Sequence record: PZ168832.1
Strand: one strand, 5' to 3'
Length of the DNA: 64,000 nt
Source of the DNA: a phage
Positions 56,173 through 64,000 of this stretch are shown piece by piece. The notes below the pieces were generated by a model. It saw nothing but the letters and a program-made list of their open reading frames with translations, made no database searches and was not told where the DNA came from. Within the stretch, counting starts at the first letter, position 1; each line of letters opens with the position of its first letter. The translations under genes were made by a program, and so were the position numbers.

Positions 56173-56687
56173 TTATTTTCCTTTGATGCATTTAATTGAT
56201 CGATTTTTATTTTAGCCTGATTATAAGTATCAATCAAGCTATTAACTTTCTCTTTTAATCGGTTTGTTTCTGCGGCGAACTGAACAAGAAATCTGACATC
56301 CTCTTCTGATAGTCCACAGTTTCCTTCTGGGATAGAGAGGCGTCCAGTGGTCGCAGAGTCGGGCACACTCCTGAGTAACTCACGGGAGCAGCTGAGTTGC
56401 TCGCGCAGCTTGATATTCCCAGACTTGTAACGAGCAATAGTGTCATCAGCAACCAGTTGCGCTTCCTGGCGACCCTTCTCATATGCCGATGCCGATTCAA
56501 CCTGTAAAGTTGCAATTTGCTCTTCGAGTGCATTTATCTTGTCCTTACGCTCATTAAGCGATGTCAGATATTGATTATCCTTGGCCAGTGATGCGTTGGT
56601 TTGCTGCAGGTCTTCAACGTATGATCCAGCGGCAAACGCACCAACAAGGGCCAGAATCTTCAGGAGCGGTACAATTCTTTCTATCAT
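56169..56687 (-). CDS. Inner-membrane spanin (Rz-like)
   Basis: N-terminal TM LLKILALVGAFAAGS, long coiled-coil region, embedded +1-frame lipoprotein gene; GGTG RBS. Confidence 0.6.
   Translation of the reverse strand: MIERIVPLLKILALVGAFAAGSYVEDLQQTNASLAKDNQYLTSLNERKDKINALEEQIATLQVESASAYEKGRQEAQLVADDTIARYKSGNIKLREQLSCSRELLRSVPDSATTGRLSIPEGNCGLSEEDVRFLVQFAAETNRLKEKVNSLIDTYNQAKIKIDQLNASKENK
56255..56482 (-). CDS. Outer-membrane lipoprotein spanin (Rz1-like), fully embedded in the Rz frame
   Basis: MRRVARKRNWLLMTLLLVTSLGISSC: positive n-region, hydrophobic core, lipobox ISSC; Pro-containing mature part. Start ambiguous (ATG at 56533, 56482, 56446). Confidence 0.5.
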   Translation of the reverse strand: MRRVARKRNWLLMTLLLVTSLGISSCASNSAAPVSYSGVCPTLRPLDASLSQKETVDYQKRMSDFLFSSPQKQTD

Positions 56688-56744
56688 GATGCACCAGATA
56701 AATAAAAGGCCGCCAAACGGCAGCCTTGTTGATTTGATTGTCGA

Positions 56745-57605
56745 TTAAAACTCTTCTGCGTCGGTCGGAGTTTCATTGACAGGACCAGCGGCACCGCTTG
56801 CTTCTTCCTGCTTGCTGCGGTCGATGTTAACGTTACCGCCAACTACGTCGTTGTGGAATGCCTTGGCGACTTCGTACAGGCCTTTGTCCTGCACCAGACC
56901 TTCCAGCTCAAACTTCAGAACAGACCAGGTGTTGCCGTCTTTGGACTGGGATGCAGTACCCATGCGAACGATGTTCATAAAGGTCGGCGGCGTTTTCAGA
57001 CCCTGCGGAGTCTGAACTTTCTTCTGCTGCAGCGCGGTCATCAGCATGCGAGACGGCTTGATCATGGAAGAAGTCAGAGACAGCATTGCGCTACCAAATT
57101 CACCAGTTTCTTCGTTCAACAGAATCACAAAGTGGTTGCGTGTATCTGCGTAGTAAGGCGATTTCTTCTCGTGCACCTTGCCGTTTTCGTCTGGCACAAA
57201 CACCTTACCGTTGATCTCAACAGCGCGGCCTGCCGCGACTTCTGCATCAACGTGCTCTTTGGTGAATTCACCTTTAAAGCCTTTATCGTCGGACTCGCGA
57301 CCGCCCCAAAGAATGAAGGTGCGTTTGAATGCGCAAGGGATGATCTGCACGCCTTTCTTGCCGTCATACAACTCACCAGTAACGGTGTTGTAAAGCATGC
57401 CAGCTTTTGCGCCAGGAACGTGTTTTGGATCATCTTCGTCGACCATAGGAGACATCTTCTGCAGTACGACGATAAAAGGAATGGCATACGCATCGGCATC
57501 GGCACCTTCAAAACCAGCGCCAAAATCGGTCATGTCGACAAAATCAGCCATAGCGGACATCTGGGTGTTTTTCACTGCAACTTCGGTGGTTTCTTTCTTA
57601 GACAT
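56745..57605 (-). CDS. Putative ssDNA-binding / recombination protein (product uncertain)
   Basis: 286 aa; acidic C-terminus ending in Phe (ETPTDAEEF), a feature of T7 gp2.5-type and bacterial SSBs. Confidence 0.45.
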   Translation of the reverse strand: MSKKETTEVAVKNTQMSAMADFVDMTDFGAGFEGADADAYAIPFIVVLQKMSPMVDEDDPKHVPGAKAGMLYNTVTGELYDGKKGVQIIPCAFKRTFILWGGRESDDKGFKGEFTKEHVDAEVAAGRAVEINGKVFVPDENGKVHEKKSPYYADTRNHFVILLNEETGEFGSAMLSLTSSMIKPSRMLMTALQQKKVQTPQGLKTPPTFMNIVRMGTASQSKDGNTWSVLKFELEGLVQDKGLYEVAKAFHNDVVGGNVNIDRSKQEEASGAAGPVNETPTDAEEF

Positions 57606-57664
57606 TTGATATTTTCCTATAGTATCAAGTTTCGTGGCAACCTGATTTCAAGATAAAGGTTAAA

Positions 57665-58222
57665 TTACTTTTTGCTTTTAGGCAAGGTTATTTTAGCTTC
57701 TTTGTATTCAAAAACGCTAATATCTTCACTAACTGGATTGCCCGCTTCCAGCTGTTCTTTTACAAACGACTTCAGTGTAGCAGAATGAACGCCTTGTTTC
57801 AACGTGGCTTCAACACCATCTTCACGCAGCGCGGCAACAATCTCTTGCGCCTGTTCGATTTCTTCGCGACCGAACTCAGCCGTGACGCTGGACTTGATCA
57901 AGCCGCCGTAACCGTTGTTGACAAGCCAATCGAAAACTTTTAATTCGTTTTCTTTCTTGATTGAAGCGTTCACCTTGGACTCGACCTTGATTTTGGTCTT
58001 GTCCTCAAGCTTGATTTCGGACACGCCAAGCTCATCCATAACGCCAGGAAGCAGAACAGTTTTGATTTCACTGATGCGCTGCTTTTGCATATCAGCTTCA
58101 TCTTCAAGCTTTGTCAAAACTTCTTGTCGTTCTGCCAGTTCAGACACTAAGCGCGCAAGGCGCTCTTGAATGCTCTCAGGAGCAACCTGCGGCAAATCAT
58201 CTTCCCAATTAATATTGCTCAT
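57665..58222 (-). CDS. Hypothetical coiled-coil protein
   Basis: 185-aa ORF, ATGA overlap with the upstream gene. Confidence 0.5.
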   Translation of the reverse strand: MSNINWEDDLPQVAPESIQERLARLVSELAERQEVLTKLEDEADMQKQRISEIKTVLLPGVMDELGVSEIKLEDKTKIKVESKVNASIKKENELKVFDWLVNNGYGGLIKSSVTAEFGREEIEQAQEIVAALREDGVEATLKQGVHSATLKSFVKEQLEAGNPVSEDISVFEYKEAKITLPKSKK

Positions 58223-58482
58223 ATTTTACCTTCTTGCATTAGCCCTTCAACACGGGTCATTTGATAACGTTCAGGCTTCCAAGCCGCCAAAGCCTTCTCA
58301 GCGCCTTTTAAGGTTTTATATGCCTTGATGCCAGGCATAATAACGGTATTCACCCCAGCACCGTTGCCATAATCAAACTCTTTAACAACGCGGAACATAC
58401 CGTCAATTTCTTTGACCAAAAGACGTTTGAAAGCGATTGCGCCAGTAGCTTCATTTTTGTAACGTTCAAGGATGCGTACCAT
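58219..58482 (-). CDS. Hypothetical protein
   Basis: AGAGGA RBS 7 nt before ATG. Confidence 0.5.
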   Translation of the reverse strand: MVRILERYKNEATGAIAFKRLLVKEIDGMFRVVKEFDYGNGAGVNTVIMPGIKAYKTLKGAEKALAAWKPERYQMTRVEGLMQEGKI

Positions 58483-58556
58483 TTTGTGTTCCTCTGTTTC
58501 GTTTCGATGAAGTAATTATGACTCATCTTCCATGACAAGTCAAATTATTTTTGATA

Positions 58557-60080
58557 TTAATTCATCTTTTTGCCGTCGAGGATGTGATCAGCAAGCATAG
58601 ATTTCATGCTCAGTGAACGCTGAATTTCTTCGTCGATGGTATCAACGCCAATAAAATCAACATACAACACGCTTGATTTGGTGCCGATGCGGTGATTTCG
58701 GTCTTCGGATTGCTTGCGCAACTCGTTGTCATAGTTGCAAGAATAATAGATTGCCAAGTCGGCGGCTGTAAGCGTGATTCCGATGCCTGCCGCTGCAGCG
58801 TGACAAACAAGCACTTGCGTCCCACCGTTCTCGACTGTGTTCTTCTGGAAGTCATCAATCAAGAACTCACGCTGCTCTTTTGACGTCTCACCGTTATATA
58901 AACCAGTGACCACTCCTTCAGACTCAAGCCAATCCTTAATCTGGTTCATCTCTTCCTTAAAGATGGCCCAAACAATGAATTTGCGCTCTGGGTCGTCTTC
59001 CAGCACCCCTTCCACATAGTCCTTAAAGGCCGTGAATCGTGGGTTGTCTTCCATGTAGACCATCTCATCATACACCTTAACAAAGCCTGATGTAACCTGC
59101 TTCATCTTAGTGCGAGATGCGATCATCTCAAACTTAACGTTTTCTTCTTCGCCCTTGTATTCCATCAAATAGTTGTACTCATTCTTGAGTTCATCGTAGA
59201 CATCGCGTTGTTTAGGCGACAGCTCGAAGTCGATAAACTTATACACCTTCTCTGGAAGGTCAGGCAAGTATTCCGCTTTTGTCGCACGAAAATAGTGCGG
59301 TTCCATCAGCCGGATAAGCTTGTCAAGGTTTTTGTACATCGGTCGGCCAAACTGGTCTTTGCGCGGCACTTGCGGAATCCCATGGCCATTGCCGCCGATT
59401 TTCTTGAGAATGGCCTGCATCTCTGGGTCGTGCGCTTCAAGCAGCACCGTGAATTCAGAATTGAATGCACGGAACGATTTTGTGCCAAGCAAGCCAGCTT
59501 CAAGGAAGTGATACTGCATGTAAATATCAGCAGGCGAGCGCGGCAGCGGCGTACCGGAAAGGATTCGACGGGCCTTTGCCAGCCGTCCCAATTCCACAAC
59601 CTTGATGGAGCGTTTGGCTGTGTTATTTTTGATACGCGTCGATTCATCAATGATCATCAAACAGCGGTACTTCTTCAGGACGGACTCAATGTGTTGATAA
59701 CCGACTGGCGTATTCACCGTATCAATGTTGAATGAGAAGATGCGCGCAGGCACTTCACCTTCAGGGTAGTGATCAGCAAACATCTTCTCCCAAAGCGCCT
59801 TGCCCTTTTTAGTCTTCATCTTGTCATTGCCGCGCCAGTAATGCCCAATCCACTTGATGGAAAGGTGTTCTGGTGCTTCACGACGAATCCAGTTTGAGTG
59901 CACACCGTTAGGAGCGATGACAACCATGGCATCAAATGCGCCAGCGGCGAAGTGTTTTTCAAACTCTGCCAAAGCAGTCCAGGTTTTGCCAAGACCCTGC
60001 TCCATGAAATAAGCAAAGTATTTTCTGCGGCCTGCTTTATCAAGCGCCAATAATTGGTGGCGCATTCCTTGTGTTTTCAT
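58557..60080 (-). CDS. SNF2-family (SF2) helicase / ATPase
   Basis: Walker A MEQGLGKTW, DEAH-like MIIDESTRIK, helicase C-terminal motifs. Confidence 0.8.
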   Translation of the reverse strand: MKTQGMRHQLLALDKAGRRKYFAYFMEQGLGKTWTALAEFEKHFAAGAFDAMVVIAPNGVHSNWIRREAPEHLSIKWIGHYWRGNDKMKTKKGKALWEKMFADHYPEGEVPARIFSFNIDTVNTPVGYQHIESVLKKYRCLMIIDESTRIKNNTAKRSIKVVELGRLAKARRILSGTPLPRSPADIYMQYHFLEAGLLGTKSFRAFNSEFTVLLEAHDPEMQAILKKIGGNGHGIPQVPRKDQFGRPMYKNLDKLIRLMEPHYFRATKAEYLPDLPEKVYKFIDFELSPKQRDVYDELKNEYNYLMEYKGEEENVKFEMIASRTKMKQVTSGFVKVYDEMVYMEDNPRFTAFKDYVEGVLEDDPERKFIVWAIFKEEMNQIKDWLESEGVVTGLYNGETSKEQREFLIDDFQKNTVENGGTQVLVCHAAAAGIGITLTAADLAIYYSCNYDNELRKQSEDRNHRIGTKSSVLYVDFIGVDTIDEEIQRSLSMKSMLADHILDGKKMN

Positions 60081-60499
60081 GACAATTCCTCTAAATACTT
60101 GATGATGTGATGAATAGTTCCCTTCACGATTATCTCACGTTGAACGTCTGCAGTATTATAACGCTTTAATTCAATAGAAGGGTGGACTAAATAAAACATC
60201 TTCTCAGAATCAACCTTAAGCAAAACGAATGATGGGTATCGCCAATCATTCCACGAAGAAAGGAAGCTGCACTGTCCTTTCTCAAATGCATTTCTGAAAG
60301 GTGCAGTGGTTGCCCTTGCAGGCCACGATTCAAAGAACTTCATTTCAAGCCAAAAGCCGCGCCCTTTCCGGTTGGTGCCGATTACGTCCGGCACGCCATC
60401 ACCAGTCATTGACTCGATTCGTTGAAGCTTCAATACCGATTCTGAATGCTTCTTCAAAGGCACGAATATGTATTTCTGCTCACGGTTATTTGTTGCCAT
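60077..60499 (-). CDS. VRR-NUC domain nuclease
   Basis: GDGVPDVIG ... GFWLEMK fits the PD-(D/E)xK pattern of VRR-NUC. Confidence 0.6.
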   Translation of the reverse strand: MATNNREQKYIFVPLKKHSESVLKLQRIESMTGDGVPDVIGTNRKGRGFWLEMKFFESWPARATTAPFRNAFEKGQCSFLSSWNDWRYPSFVLLKVDSEKMFYLVHPSIELKRYNTADVQREIIVKGTIHHIIKYLEELS

Positions 60500-63383
60500 C
60501 TGGATACACCTGTTTGATCACGTCAACGATGAACATGTCAATGCCTTCAAGCTTACGACCTTTCATCAGGAAGAATGCGCCGTTCCCGACGTTTTCAGCA
60601 ATGTACTTCCCGTACTTCTGGAACTTCTCTGGACGAATCCTGAAGCGCATTGGCGAGTCGGTCGAGTCGTCTTTGCACATAAGGTCGATGAACTGAGTCT
60701 CAAGCTTGTTCCCGTACTGGTCAAACTCTGCGTAGCGGCCATCAGCTTGAAGACCCTTTTTAAGCTTTCCGTACTTTGTATAAATGCCGCGCTCAAGACG
60801 TTTGCGGATGCGTGTTGCTTCGTTCTCGTCTGCAAGCACTTTCTTTGTCAACTTGCCGATTACTATTGCGCGCTCGTCATCACCGACTTCCTTCATCTGG
60901 CGTATTGAAGCGCCGGACGTCACGCCAATAAGATAAGGGTCATTATACGCCCAGCCAAACTTTGTGTGCATCTCTGTAAGGTCGCCGTATTTGACTTCAG
61001 CATTGGCCAATGCATCCTTTTGCTTTTGCGTTAAGGTTCCGGCTTCACGTGCTTCGATATACTTCATCGCCTTCACCATTCCGTACCCTTTCGCGTTCAT
61101 GATGCCGCCGATTAGCTTTCCGTTCGCGATGGTCCAGTTCATTGAAGAGTGATCAGGGTCGATTGGCACATAATCCACGCCTTCCTTCGCAAGTTCACGT
61201 AATATCGCAATCGTCTGGTCTTCATCCTTGGCAGCGCGTAAGCAGGCAGCGGCAAATTCCAACGGGTAGTGTCGCTTAAGCCACAAGGTCCAGTAGGTCA
61301 CGACCGCGTATGACACGGAGTGTGATTTGTTAAAGCCCCATGACCCGAACGTAGCCATCGCTTGCCAAAGCTTTCTTGCATCCGCTTCCGGTACGCCGTT
61401 ATTGATTGCGCCTGCAACAAAGTCCTCGCCAAGCTTGTTAAAGTATTCTTCACCCTTACGGCCTGACATCGCCTTACGGACAGCGGACGTTTTCGCCCAG
61501 TCAAATGAACCAATCTCTTTAACCACGGCCATGATTTGCTCTTGGTAAAGAAACACGCCGTAAGTCTCTTTTAAGTACGGCTCAAGCTGCGGCACGTCGT
61601 ATTCAATCGGCGCACGCCCTGCCGCGCGTTCAATGTATTTCTGGGCCATACCGGATGACAACGGGCCAGGTCGACCCAAAGCCGTCAGGTTGTCGATTTT
61701 GTTAAAGTTATCGACGTGCACAAAGTTTGTTACTGAGCGTACAGCGTCGCCTTCAAACTGGAAGATGCCTGACATCTTGTTTTCGTTAAGAATGTCAAGG
61801 ACGCTTTGATCATCAAGCTTGATGCCGTAGAGCGTTTCAGCATCAATAACGCCTGTATCAGAAATAATGCCGAGAGTACGAAGGCCCAGCGCATCAAGCT
61901 TCAAAAGGTTAAGGTATTCGCTGTCAGGCTTATCGATTTGTGCAATCCCTTCTGCAGTTACAGTACAGTAATCAGAGATTGGGTCATTACACACAATGAT
62001 TCCCGCTGCGTGAACACCTGTGTGGGACGGGTGAATCTCAAGGTCACCCATGCAACGCGCGGCGTCAGGATATTTCGCCACGAACTCTTGGCCCGTGGTC
62101 GTTGTTGCAAAGGTATCCTCCAGGCCGTGACCATAACGGGCGTCACCGGATGAGTATTCAAGCAGTGCGTTTTTAATGTTGGCCGTTTCGTGGTATCCAA
62201 TGTTGAACTTCTTACCAACCTGCGCCATTACTGAGTTGGCCTTAAGCGTGTTGATGTTGCCAAGCTTTGCAACGTTCATTTCGCCGTATTTCTCTTTAAG
62301 GTAATCAAACACCATGTAGCGTTTGGTATCTTCAAAGTCGATGTCGATGTCAGGAAGGTCGGCGCGGCTTACGTCGATGAATCGGGCAAACAGCAGCTTA
62401 TACGGGATTGGGTCCACTTCCGTGATGCCGAGGCAATAGCAAACAAGTGAACCAGCCGATGAGCCGCGAGCAGGACCGACGAGCATTTTTGTTTTTGCGA
62501 ATCGTACAAGGTCCGCTACTACCAGAAAGTATGAGTCGAAATCTTTCAGCTGAATCTGGTGAATTTCTTCGTTGAAGCGGTCCTCATATTCCTGAGTCCA
62601 TTCTTTGATGTGACCTGCTTTGAGACGGTACTCCATCCCCTCACGCGCAAGCTTTACCATATCACCAGCAAGGTGAATAATCGGTGCCTTGCGTAATTTC
62701 AGGTCAAGTCCGACTATGCCGTTTGCTATGTCAACAGCATTGGCCGTTGCCTGATTCAGCTCATCTTCCGTCAAGATGCCTTTAAGCTGTTTGCGCAAGT
62801 CTTCCGCGTCAACGATGCAGTGCGGCTTGACCGTGTCGCGCACTTCCCAAGCATAAGCAAAGTCAACGTGCTCAGGTGAAGGCATGTGGTTGTATCCGGT
62901 TAAAACCAGCGGCCTTCCACCGCTACGATGAGCCAATGCCTGGCGCTTTGCCAAAAGGAACGATGATGGGTTGACGTCTATATAGTCGTAGTCCTCTGGC
63001 CGCAGCAACTCCACGGCACCGCCACAGAATTTAACGACGCCATCGAGCGCACCGAACTCTGCACGGGTAAGCCCACCGCGCTGCGTTGAAAGTGTTGTCG
63101 CGTTGTAAAAAGATTTTAAGTCAAGGGCCAATATCCAAGCCTTCGGTTTGAATCCCTTTTTAGGGTCCGCATCAGGGTCGATGATTGGAATCTCCATCCC
63201 AAACATAGGCTTAATATCATTTTTCTGGCATTCCTTTTCCCAGCGAACGTGACCCCATGTGTTGTTATCAACTAATGCCGCGACTTCGCAGCCCAACTCT
63301 TTGAGCCGTGCTATAATTTCAGGATGCCGTCCATAAACTTCTTTGAACGTGTAACCGCTGCAAACTCTCAATTGTGGAAACAT
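60486..63383 (-). CDS. dnaE: DNA polymerase III alpha-like (DnaE family) with N-terminal PHP domain
   Basis: 965 aa; PHP-like N-terminus; core motif GPARGSSAGSLVCYCLGITEVDP typical of DnaE. Confidence 0.85.
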   Translation of the reverse strand: MFPQLRVCSGYTFKEVYGRHPEIIARLKELGCEVAALVDNNTWGHVRWEKECQKNDIKPMFGMEIPIIDPDADPKKGFKPKAWILALDLKSFYNATTLSTQRGGLTRAEFGALDGVVKFCGGAVELLRPEDYDYIDVNPSSFLLAKRQALAHRSGGRPLVLTGYNHMPSPEHVDFAYAWEVRDTVKPHCIVDAEDLRKQLKGILTEDELNQATANAVDIANGIVGLDLKLRKAPIIHLAGDMVKLAREGMEYRLKAGHIKEWTQEYEDRFNEEIHQIQLKDFDSYFLVVADLVRFAKTKMLVGPARGSSAGSLVCYCLGITEVDPIPYKLLFARFIDVSRADLPDIDIDFEDTKRYMVFDYLKEKYGEMNVAKLGNINTLKANSVMAQVGKKFNIGYHETANIKNALLEYSSGDARYGHGLEDTFATTTTGQEFVAKYPDAARCMGDLEIHPSHTGVHAAGIIVCNDPISDYCTVTAEGIAQIDKPDSEYLNLLKLDALGLRTLGIISDTGVIDAETLYGIKLDDQSVLDILNENKMSGIFQFEGDAVRSVTNFVHVDNFNKIDNLTALGRPGPLSSGMAQKYIERAAGRAPIEYDVPQLEPYLKETYGVFLYQEQIMAVVKEIGSFDWAKTSAVRKAMSGRKGEEYFNKLGEDFVAGAINNGVPEADARKLWQAMATFGSWGFNKSHSVSYAVVTYWTLWLKRHYPLEFAAACLRAAKDEDQTIAILRELAKEGVDYVPIDPDHSSMNWTIANGKLIGGIMNAKGYGMVKAMKYIEAREAGTLTQKQKDALANAEVKYGDLTEMHTKFGWAYNDPYLIGVTSGASIRQMKEVGDDERAIVIGKLTKKVLADENEATRIRKRLERGIYTKYGKLKKGLQADGRYAEFDQYGNKLETQFIDLMCKDDSTDSPMRFRIRPEKFQKYGKYIAENVGNGAFFLMKGRKLEGIDMFIVDVIKQVYPDGNK

Positions 63384-63925
63384 TATTTACTCCAGATGTC
63401 ATATATGCCAATTTGTTGGCAGACTTTGTGCAGTAATATTACGTCGTCTAATGCACGGTGTTTCTGTTCATATTTTCCGAAATATAATTCATACAGCTCT
63501 TGAAGCTTAACTCTTCGGCCAAAAATAGGCAAGGTTTGCTCAACTGTACAAATGTTTATTTCTGGAAAATTAACATCATCAAGCGTAAGTCCTTCGCGCT
63601 GTAGTGCATAATCAAGAATGTTTTTATCGAACGCATGGTTGTGCGCGATAGTGGCATCCGTCTTCTTGAAGATTTCTTTTAGCTGCGGGACAAAATTGAT
63701 GAATGGTGGATTGCACTCAAGGTCTTCATTTGTTAATCCGGTAATCTTTGTGATAATTTCTTCAATCACGATTTCAGGATTAATTATGAATTCAAACGTT
63801 TCAAGAATCTCTTTGCCGTCTGTCAACAGACCTGCAAATTCAATAGGGCGCGGCTGCATCCCAAGCGGCGCTTTCGGGTGCACGGTCAATCCGGTTGTTT
63901 CGAAGTCATAAGGGAGAAATAACAC
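63383..63925 (-). CDS. DnaQ-like 3'-5' exonuclease (proofreading epsilon-like)
   Basis: Exo I motif YDFETTGL; 180 aa; GTG start 7 nt after AGGAGG; stop overlaps the polymerase start. Confidence 0.75.
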   Translation of the reverse strand: MLFLPYDFETTGLTVHPKAPLGMQPRPIEFAGLLTDGKEILETFEFIINPEIVIEEIITKITGLTNEDLECNPPFINFVPQLKEIFKKTDATIAHNHAFDKNILDYALQREGLTLDDVNFPEINICTVEQTLPIFGRRVKLQELYELYFGKYEQKHRALDDVILLHKVCQQIGIYDIWSK

Positions 63926-63936
63926 ATTAGCCTCCT

Positions 63937-63963
63937 ACAAAAAGGCCGCCCATTAGGACGGCC
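63937..63963 (-). terminator. Terminator-like hairpin directly upstream of the exonuclease RBS
   Basis: On minus strand GGCCGTCC-TAAT-GGGCGGCC (one mismatch) followed by TTTTTTG, then AGGAGG. Confidence 0.35.
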
Positions 63964-64000
63964 ACAGATTCACGATTTGTTATACAGTGTACGGAGTACC

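Noticed and set aside
1-64000. tRNA genes, integrase and attachment sites
   Set aside because: No intergenic segment showed a T-arm-like GTTCGA(A)TCC box with an acceptor-stem inverted repeat, and no tyrosine or serine recombinase-like ORF was seen; a proper tRNA scan was not run.

Overview
The window reads as a contiguous segment of a tailed dsDNA phage genome with a contractile (myovirus-type) tail; no integrase, attachment site, tRNA, rRNA or CRISPR array was found, and nothing looks like host chromosome. All calls are from reading the sequence and the ORF track by eye; no database search or folding program was run. Layout: (1) 1-4059, minus strand: a partial secreted protein, a FAD-binding oxidoreductase, a Lys/Ala/Glu-repeat protein, a Dda/RecD-like helicase. 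(2) 4220-15643, plus strand: primase-polymerase, a VirE/D5-type helicase, then about 25 tightly coupled small ORFs of unknown function. (3) 15700-16650: a non-coding iteron plus AT-rich region, followed by a terminase small-subunit-like gene. (4) 17524-19739: a self-contained divergent five-gene cassette with its own sigma70-type promoters, terminators and visibly different codon usage, the most likely place for an undescribed accessory system. (5) 19740-20390: a repeat-rich non-coding stretch. (6) 20392-25804, minus strand: a tail-fibre cluster with a C-terminal chaperone domain. (7) 25923-53612, plus strand: terminase large subunit, portal, head, sheath, two tube paralogues, tape measure, baseplate, two fibre proteins and a GH19 endolysin, interrupted by a second iteron plus AT-rich module at 31673-31950. 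(8) 53638-63925, minus strand: ligase, MazG, embedded Rz/Rz1 spanins, SNF2 helicase, VRR-NUC nuclease, DnaE-type polymerase and a DnaQ-like exonuclease. Many ORF-track starts are GTG/TTG; where an in-frame ATG with a ribosome-binding site was visible, the start was moved to it.
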